Shown piece by piece: positions 57,498 through 64,000 of a DNA stretch of 64,000 bases; within the stretch, counting starts at the first letter, position 1, and every line of letters begins with the position of its first letter. The translations under genes and the position numbers were made by a program. The notes under the pieces were generated by a model that saw only the letters and a program-made list of their open reading frames with translations, did not search any database and was not told the DNA's origin. The stretch is from Roseibacillus sp. (GTDB taxonomy: Bacteria; Verrucomicrobiota; Verrucomicrobiia; Verrucomicrobiales; Akkermansiaceae), in assembly GCA_051251855.1 (NCBI GenBank), contig JBPOGI010000003.1, positions 96,001 to 160,000 of the forward strand, read 5' to 3'.

Positions 57498-59564
57498 GTG
57501 ATTGAAAAAGCACGCGAGGTCCTGCGCGAGGTCTTTGGCTTTGAGGCGTTCCTCAGTGGCCAGCAGGAAATTGTGGACCATATTCTGGACGGTCGGGATG
57601 GTCTGGCGGTGATGCCCACGGGGGGAGGCAAGAGTCTTTGCTACCAATTACCGGGTTTGGTGAAGGAAGGGGTGACCTTGGTGGTGAGTCCACTAATTGC
57701 GCTGATGAAGGATCAAGTTGATGCTCTGCAAGCCAAGGGGGTGAATGCAGCGGTAATTAATTCGACTCAAAGCTGGGACGAGCAGAAGGACATTCTGGAT
57801 CAGGTGCGAGCGGGTGAGATTAAGTTACTTTATGTGGCGCCAGAGCGCTTTCGGGCGGGGAGCTTCACCTCGGCGATGGGTCAGGTTAAGATCGCGATGT
57901 TAGCCATTGATGAGGCGCATTGCCTGAGCCAGTGGGGACATGATTTTCGGCCGGACTATTTGCGGTTGGGGCGTGCTCGCAAAGACCTGGGCAATCCTCA
58001 GTGCGTGGCCTTTACTGCGACGGCGACCGAGGTTGTGCGTGCGGATATTCTCAAGGTATTAGGATTGGAGAATCCTTTTGAAACGATCACGGGGTTTGCG
58101 CGCCCGAATCTCAGTTTCAATATCACAGCGGTGGCGAAGAAGGCGGATAAGTTTAAGCGGTTGCGTGAGATTATCACAGAGTACAAGACGGGGATCATCT
58201 ACTGCGCAACGCGTAAAAAGGTGGATGAGGTCAGTGAGACGCTGGCGAGTTGGGGGCTAAAGGTGGCGGCTTACCACGGGGGCATGACCGATCAGGAGCG
58301 AGACCGGGTGCAGGATTCCTTTATCTCTCGCAAGAAGGATGTCGCGGTGGCGACCAATGCCTTTGGGATGGGGATCGACCGGAGTGATGTGCGTTTTGTG
58401 GCCCACTTTGAGGTGCCAGGAAGTGTGGAGGCGTTCTATCAGGAAGCGGGACGCGCGGGACGAGATGGTGAAGCGGCATGGTGTGAGCTGCTTTGGAATT
58501 TTGCAGATACGCGGACGCAGGAGTTTTTCTTGGAAGGGGTGAATCCTGGACCTGGGGTGGTGCGTGACCTGTATCAATGGTTGAGTGCTTCGGCTGATGG
58601 GCAGGGTGAGGTCTTCCGTAGTCTCGATGAGATGCGTGATGAGTTGGGGGTCTCCAATGGTATGGCGGTGGGGAGCGCGCTTTCTTTGCTGGGTCGCTTG
58701 GGTTATGTGCAGCGATTTGATGTTTCAGGGAAGCGGATGCGGGGAACGCGTTTGTTGAGGATGGGGCAGGCCTTGGAGCTGGATGAGGTGGCGATGGCTG
58801 AGAAGGAGAGGAGGGATCGACAGAAGCTCGATTCAATGATCGCGCTGTGTGAGTCGGGTGGCTGTCGTCAGGAGTGGATTTTAGACTATTTTGGTGAACA
58901 GGGGGGAGAGTGTGGTACGTGTGACGTTTGTCGTAGTGGACAAAGTGGAGAGCGGCGCGATTTGACGGAGGCCGAACAATTGGTGGTGCGTAAAGCGTTG
59001 AGCGGTGTTGCGCGAATGAGTGAGAGGATGGGGCGCGCGTGGCAGCCACGGTTTGGACGGGGGAAGATTATTTTGATGCTGACGGGGAGTCAGAGCCAAG
59101 AGGTGATGAGTGCGGGTCTCAATCGTCTTTCGACCTACGGGGTTCTCAAGGATGAGGGAGCGGCATTTTTGAACGAACTCTTTCCCGCGCTCTCGGATGC
59201 AGGTTTTTTGCATACGATTCGGAAAGGGGAGTATCCCTTGTTGACGCTGACGGATCGGGGCCATGAAGTCATGATGGGCAAGCGTGCCATTCGGATGATT
59301 TGGCCAAGTCGTAAGACGGCGAGTGCGGCGGACGAGGGGCCGTTCGACTCTCGAGTCTATTCGCGATTGGCTGACCTGCGTACGAAGCTTTGTAAGGAGG
59401 AAGGGTGTGCCCCCTATATGATTTTGAGTAATCGAGCACTGGAGGGCCTGGCTCGCCAGATGCCGAAGACGATTGCGGAAGCTTTGGAGGTGCCGGGGAT
59501 CGGGCATGCGAAGGCCAATCAGTTTGGGGAGCAGTTTTTGGCTATTATTCGTGAGTCCTCCTAG
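57498..59564 (+). CDS. recQ: ATP-dependent DNA helicase RecQ (with RQC and HRDC domains)
   Basis: MPTGGGKSLCYQLP, DEAHCLSQWGHDFRP, TATA, QEAGRAGRDG and C..CD.C; probable GTG start at 57498. Confidence 0.95.
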   Translation: MIEKAREVLREVFGFEAFLSGQQEIVDHILDGRDGLAVMPTGGGKSLCYQLPGLVKEGVTLVVSPLIALMKDQVDALQAKGVNAAVINSTQSWDEQKDILDQVRAGEIKLLYVAPERFRAGSFTSAMGQVKIAMLAIDEAHCLSQWGHDFRPDYLRLGRARKDLGNPQCVAFTATATEVVRADILKVLGLENPFETITGFARPNLSFNITAVAKKADKFKRLREIITEYKTGIIYCATRKKVDEVSETLASWGLKVAAYHGGMTDQERDRVQDSFISRKKDVAVATNAFGMGIDRSDVRFVAHFEVPGSVEAFYQEAGRAGRDGEAAWCELLWNFADTRTQEFFLEGVNPGPGVVRDLYQWLSASADGQGEVFRSLDEMRDELGVSNGMAVGSALSLLGRLGYVQRFDVSGKRMRGTRLLRMGQALELDEVAMAEKERRDRQKLDSMIALCESGGCRQEWILDYFGEQGGECGTCDVCRSGQSGERRDLTEAEQLVVRKALSGVARMSERMGRAWQPRFGRGKIILMLTGSQSQEVMSAGLNRLSTYGVLKDEGAAFLNELFPALSDAGFLHTIRKGEYPLLTLTDRGHEVMMGKRAIRMIWPSRKTASAADEGPFDSRVYSRLADLRTKLCKEEGCAPYMILSNRALEGLARQMPKTIAEALEVPGIGHAKANQFGEQFLAIIRESS

Positions 59565-59620
59565 GGAAAAAGTAGAATAACGACTGGAGCGAAGCTCGAT
59601 CTTGGGCAAAGTAGTGGACG

Positions 59621-60121
59621 ATGAAGGTCAACGTTCCGCCTCCACCACAGAAACTTTTCCGCCAATTTGAGGCTGGTGAGATTTCGCGCGCTGAGCTGCA
59701 GGCGACTTGTGCGCTTCACCAGCGGGAGATGATTGCCGAGATTGAGGAGATGAAACGCAATCCAGTCGCAGCTTATGTGGAAGAGCTGCTCATTAAGCGT
59801 GAGGCGAGCAAGATTCAGCGTCAGCATGGCGAAGGTCTTGCGCGAGAGGTGTTTGCGGCGCTGGCTGAGGTTCCGGATTTTCCACCCGCGATTCTACTTT
59901 GGAATGCAGATCATCGTGATGTGCCGTTTCAGTGCTTTTTTCGGTTTCGTCGGGAGCCGGTTTTTCGGCTACTCGCGATGCGTAATCATGGGATGAGCGT
60001 GACTGCTGAGGTGGAGTATGGTTCGACAGACCGGAAACTGGCTACGCGGGAGACCTTTACGCTCCACCGTAGTGTCGGGAATCGTTTTGCGGTGACCCAG
60101 CGTAAGATGGGGACGGGGTGA
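59621..60121 (+). CDS. hypothetical protein
   Basis: 166-aa ORF filling the gap, with typical local codon bias. Confidence 0.7.
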   Translation: MKVNVPPPPQKLFRQFEAGEISRAELQATCALHQREMIAEIEEMKRNPVAAYVEELLIKREASKIQRQHGEGLAREVFAALAEVPDFPPAILLWNADHRDVPFQCFFRFRREPVFRLLAMRNHGMSVTAEVEYGSTDRKLATRETFTLHRSVGNRFAVTQRKMGTG

Positions 60122-60126
60122 TAAGC

Positions 60127-60564
60127 TTAAGCCTCTCCTAAAACACGGCGCAGTTGATTGCGGGCGGTTTTTTCGTCGATTCTACCTTTGATGAAGAGAG
60201 TGAGGATTTTTCCGCACTCGCGACCTGCGATATTGTCACGCACTTCAGTTTCGGATTCCCTCCGCCCTGAGGCTGCTTGTTTGATATCGGTGAGCCCGAT
60301 AAACCATGAGAAGAGCCAGCCTGGTGGACCGAGTAGGTAACAGGCGAGATGAAAGTAGAGGTGGCGATACATCTGCCCCTCTTGTCCATCTTTGACCAAG
60401 TCCTGTCGAAAGCCTGAAGTGGGAAGGTGGCGGCTCTTAATCCGCTTGCGGATGTGCTGGAACTTTCGATGAAGAAGGCCAACGCCTAGACGGTAGCGAG
60501 TGATGAGGGAGTCTTCGCTCGCCAAATGAATGACCACGTTGATAAACCTGTCGAGGGAGGTCAT
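60127..60564 (-). CDS. hypothetical protein
   Basis: 145-aa ORF with an ATGA overlap to the tmk stop. Confidence 0.7.
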   Translation of the reverse strand: MTSLDRFINVVIHLASEDSLITRYRLGVGLLHRKFQHIRKRIKSRHLPTSGFRQDLVKDGQEGQMYRHLYFHLACYLLGPPGWLFSWFIGLTDIKQAASGRRESETEVRDNIAGRECGKILTLFIKGRIDEKTARNQLRRVLGEA

Positions 60565-61172
60565 GAGGATTTGGGGGGGGGATTGAGATGGGCGAGAATA
60601 TCGGTATGAATGGCCTCGGGTGCCTGGTTCGCATCCACGCGATGGATATAGGGCTCATCGATGCTCTTGAAAATGGCATCACAGGCGCATAGGTTTTCCT
60701 CTTGTTCAAAGGTGTTGCCCGAACCATCGCGGTCGCCGATACGCTCTAGAGCGACTTCTACCGGCACTTCTAGGAGAAAAACGTGGTCAGGGATGGGAGC
60801 AAAGCTTTCGTTTTCCTCTCGAATTTTCTTTGGGTCGAATCCTCGCGCGCCCTGATAGGCCATGGTGGAGAAATAGTAGCGGTCGAGAAGGACGACTTTG
60901 CCTGCCGCTAAGGCAGGAAGGATCAGGTGTTCGACGTGGTCCCTTCGATCATCGTGGAAGAGGGCAAGCTCTTCTTTGGGAGAAAGGCGTCCCTCGGACA
61001 TGGAAGCGCGGAGTTTTTGTCCGAAAGGCCCCGTGGTGGGCTCTCGGGAAGTGACGACGACTTCTCCTTGTTCTTCCAAGACCTTGGCGAGGAGCTGGAG
61101 TTGGGTGGATTTACCGGTGCCGTCGATGCCTTCGAAGATAATTAGCGAACCGGGAAACTCAGACTTCATCAT
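60561..61172 (-). CDS. tmk: thymidylate kinase
   Basis: FEGIDGTGKSTQ, REP and LDRYYFSTMAYQG. Confidence 0.95.
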   Translation of the reverse strand: MMKSEFPGSLIIFEGIDGTGKSTQLQLLAKVLEEQGEVVVTSREPTTGPFGQKLRASMSEGRLSPKEELALFHDDRRDHVEHLILPALAAGKVVLLDRYYFSTMAYQGARGFDPKKIREENESFAPIPDHVFLLEVPVEVALERIGDRDGSGNTFEQEENLCACDAIFKSIDEPYIHRVDANQAPEAIHTDILAHLNPPPKSS

Positions 61173-61324
61173 TTTATTGGGTGTTCTGCGCGATGCTAGA
61201 AGTCCAAGGCATGATGTCGAGAAGTTCGCCGTCTGTTGTCATAGTCTGACTCATTTGAGTCTCTATGAGAAAATTGGTTCGACTCTGTGCATTAAATTTT
61301 CATAGTCGGCTTGAGGAACGAGTG

Positions 61325-62389
61325 ATGATTGAGGTAAACCAACAGGCTATAGCCGATCGGCTAGGTATTTCGCGGGCAACGGTGTCGCGATGCTTCACGA
61401 ACCATGCCGGCATTAGCCCGGTGACGAGGGCGAAGGTGTTTCAGGTAGCGGCCGAGATCGGCTATACCCATATGGAGACGCGGGTGGAGAGTGGTAAGAA
61501 GAAGGCAAAGCCGCAGCTGAGCTTCAGCGTGTTGATTTGTAGTGATACTGAGGAGTACTTCCGGGGGGAGTATGAAAGTCCAGGCGAGCAGATTTTGGCG
61601 GGGGTCTCGGAGTTTGCGTTGACGAATGACATTAAGGTCGATGTGAATTTGATTCCACCTGATGTCACCAGCCTTTCTGATGAGCCTTTTCAAAAGGTGG
61701 GAGGGCTTTCGAAGCGGCAGGCGAATGGGGTATTGTTGATTTATCCCTTTCCCGCGAAAGTGATTAACGAGCTCGCCTTGCGCTTTCCCTTGGTTTCTCT
61801 GGTGGATCAGTTAGAGCACACTTCGATCGATTGTGTGGATGCGGACCACTACAACGGGATTTCCACTATGGTGGATCACCTCCTAGAGCAGGGGCATCAA
61901 CGTATTGGATTTTATACCAAGACTTATGCGGTCGAGGCGAGTTGGTCGTATCGACGTTATAGCGCCTTTGTGGAGAAGATGGCGCGTTTGAGAATGAAGG
62001 TGGAGTCGGAAGACATTATTGGCATGTTCCCGCGCCCTGAGCTGTCTCTTGAAGAGAGTTTGGATGAAGTGGCCAAGCGCACTGAGGCCGGAGTGACGGC
62101 CTGGGTTTGCGTAGCAGATCACCAAGCCTTTGATGTTGTGGAAGGGCTCGAGAAAAGAGGGTTTTCCGTTCCTAAGGATGTTTCGGTGACAGGTTTTGAC
62201 GGTATTAAGCAGCAGGGCAAAGAGAGTGTCGAATTGACTACGCTGCAGATTCCTTTCCGTGAGATTGGCAATAGTGGTGCCGAGCGATTGGCCGCGCGTA
62301 TGAGCCGACGCTTTCATGGAAAGCGCCATGTTTATATCTCAGGACAGATGAAGTCGGGTGCGACGGTGGCGGCTCCGCGAGGTTCTTAG
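61325..62389 (+). CDS. LacI-family transcriptional regulator
   Basis: IADRLGISRATVSR, L.EQGHQRIGF and VPKDVSVTGFD. Confidence 0.92.
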   Translation: MIEVNQQAIADRLGISRATVSRCFTNHAGISPVTRAKVFQVAAEIGYTHMETRVESGKKKAKPQLSFSVLICSDTEEYFRGEYESPGEQILAGVSEFALTNDIKVDVNLIPPDVTSLSDEPFQKVGGLSKRQANGVLLIYPFPAKVINELALRFPLVSLVDQLEHTSIDCVDADHYNGISTMVDHLLEQGHQRIGFYTKTYAVEASWSYRRYSAFVEKMARLRMKVESEDIIGMFPRPELSLEESLDEVAKRTEAGVTAWVCVADHQAFDVVEGLEKRGFSVPKDVSVTGFDGIKQQGKESVELTTLQIPFREIGNSGAERLAARMSRRFHGKRHVYISGQMKSGATVAAPRGS

Positions 62390-63774
62390 GCGATTGCTTG
62401 GTCCTTCTTTCTTCTCTCTTCGAGTTCGAGACTGATTTTTTTCACATCGTTGTCGGTGAGCTTATAAAAAAGTAGAACGCAAGCCGTTAGGATAGCGCAG
62501 ACACCAGGGAAAACCGAGAACATGAGGGTGATTCCCTCTTTGGTCTGAGCAGTAAGCTCGGTATCTTTGACAAATCCATAGTAGCCTAGAAGCCAGCCTG
62601 CAAGAGCTCCTCCAATGCCGAGTCCGACTTTTTGGAAAAACATAGCGGAGGCAAAGGTGAGGCCGGTGATTCTTTTACCAAACTTCCATTCTCCGTAGTC
62701 AGCGACATCGGTATACATGGCCCAGACAATGGCTGGCGTGGGACCGGCAATGAAAGCGGCTACGACATTGAGCCAAAAGATGGCTGCGTAGTTTTCAGGC
62801 GGTAGAAAGTAGAAGGCAATCATGGCAACCCCGTTTAAGACGGTGAGTCCAAGAAGGGCGTTTCGCTTACCGAAGAGGGCGATGACCTTTTTGGTCATGA
62901 AGAGTCCGAGAATGAAAGCAAGAGGCCCCCCAGTGTAGAAGAGGTCAAACTTACCCCAGACAAGAATGATCTTCTCTCCACTGAGATTGGCCACTTGGGA
63001 GAGATAGTGGTGGGTAATCGCCCAGCGAATCCCTGAGTAACCCAAGGTAAGAACTGCGACTACTAGCATGATTACAAGGGGCCTGTTGCGAGCCAGTAAG
63101 CCGAGGTTCATCCCAAGATTCTGCGACTGGTCTTTTTGCGGTGGAACTCGTTCACGAGTCGTAAAGAAAGTAGTCAGAAAGAGAATGATTGCCAGGATGC
63201 TAAAGACCACCATGGCACCCCGCCAACTCGTCACATGTTCGCGACCACCGAAAGCAGCGAGCATGGGAAAGAGGGCCAATCCAATCACAAGTTGCGCGGA
63301 AAAGGCACCCCAGAAGCGAAAGGTGGAGAGGGATGCACGCTCATCTGGATCGGGGGTGATTACTCCCATCAGGGCAGAGTAGGGAACGTTGATAGCGGTG
63401 TAGATGGTCATCAAGGCAATGTAGGTGACGTAAGCGAAAACCAGTTTGCCTCCATCGTCTAAGTCGGGACCGAGAAAGGCGAGGAATCCGATGATGCCAT
63501 AAGGAATGGCCATCCAGAGAAGGAAGGGACGATACTTTCCGAAGCGAGTATGAGTTCGATCAGCCAAAGTCCCCATGAGAGGGTCGGTGACCGCATCCCA
63601 CAGCTTTGCTACTAGAAAAAGAGTTCCCGCCGCCGCAGGAGCAATGCCGTAGACGTTAGTGTAGTAGAAGAGGAGAAAGGCATTGACGATGTGGAAGACG
63701 AAGTTGGAGGCAAGATCTCCGCATCCATAGCCGACTTTTTCGCCCAAAGAAATTCGGGATGATTTTGATTCCAT
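62386..63774 (-). CDS. MFS glycoside-pentoside-hexuronide:cation symporter
   Basis: EKVGYG.GD.ASN, WDAVTDPLMG..ADRT.TRFGKYRP, NVPYSAL and DVADYGEWK.G.R. Confidence 0.93.
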   Translation of the reverse strand: MESKSSRISLGEKVGYGCGDLASNFVFHIVNAFLLFYYTNVYGIAPAAAGTLFLVAKLWDAVTDPLMGTLADRTHTRFGKYRPFLLWMAIPYGIIGFLAFLGPDLDDGGKLVFAYVTYIALMTIYTAINVPYSALMGVITPDPDERASLSTFRFWGAFSAQLVIGLALFPMLAAFGGREHVTSWRGAMVVFSILAIILFLTTFFTTRERVPPQKDQSQNLGMNLGLLARNRPLVIMLVVAVLTLGYSGIRWAITHHYLSQVANLSGEKIILVWGKFDLFYTGGPLAFILGLFMTKKVIALFGKRNALLGLTVLNGVAMIAFYFLPPENYAAIFWLNVVAAFIAGPTPAIVWAMYTDVADYGEWKFGKRITGLTFASAMFFQKVGLGIGGALAGWLLGYYGFVKDTELTAQTKEGITLMFSVFPGVCAILTACVLLFYKLTDNDVKKISLELEERRKKDQAIA

Positions 63775-63788
63775 AAGGTGTGTTTGGG

Positions 63789-63998
63789 TTAGGAAAGGAG
63801 CCAGTTGGCTGGGAGGTGGACTTCGATTTTTTGGATGCGCTCAGTTTGTTGGACGAGGTCCTGGGTCATCTTCTGGTTGAGGATGGCTTTGGGGATGAGG
63901 GCATCGGTGCCGTCCTTAAAGTAGACGGTGGCGTGTGCTTGTTCGAGTCCAGTCTCGCGGAGATAGGTGATGGGGGTGCGAGCCAAGGTGAAGGAAAG
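63789..63998 (-). CDS. C-terminal fragment of a gene entering from the window edge; possibly a beta-glucan phosphorylase (GH149/GH161-like)
   Basis: Frame open to the edge: LSFTLARTPITY...RIQKIEVHL; directly upstream of the sugar symporter. Confidence 0.4.
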   Translation of the reverse strand, partial: LSFTLARTPITYLRETGLEQAHATVYFKDGTDALIPKAILNQKMTQDLVQQTERIQKIEVHLPANWLLS

Positions 63999-64000
63999 GG

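Overview
64 kb chromosomal window, most likely from a verrucomicrobium (Verrucomicrobiaceae/Roseibacillus-like). This is inferred from PVC-typical families: an ECF sigma factor with a long C-terminal extension, a prepilin cassette, a GSDH-cytochrome c fusion, DUF1080 and a sulfatase-HEAT protein. No rRNA, tRNA, CRISPR array, transposase or phage gene was seen. Housekeeping genes include queF, menD, pdxA, dgt, dusB, galE, nuoBC, rph, argH, recQ and tmk. Metabolic blocks are a 4-gene hydroxyproline catabolic operon (6.1-10.9 kb), a complete urease operon ureABCEFGD with a sigma54-like promoter and a His-rich micro-protein (31.4-36.7 kb), and the edge of a LacI/MFS sugar locus. The most notable element is a Ralstonia phcB-phcS-phcR/Q-like candidate fatty-acid methyl ester quorum-sensing cluster (51.1-57.4 kb). 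It has an unusual double-kinase sensor, a receiver-pseudokinase, an EthD protein and a divergent mini-AraC gene. Also notable are a stand-alone OvoA-type methyltransferase with a cupin, an ECF sigma followed by a free-standing copy of its own C-terminal domain, GGAG-footed REP-like palindromes, and recurrent promoters abutting start codons. All family assignments come from motif recognition and memory; no database searches were run.
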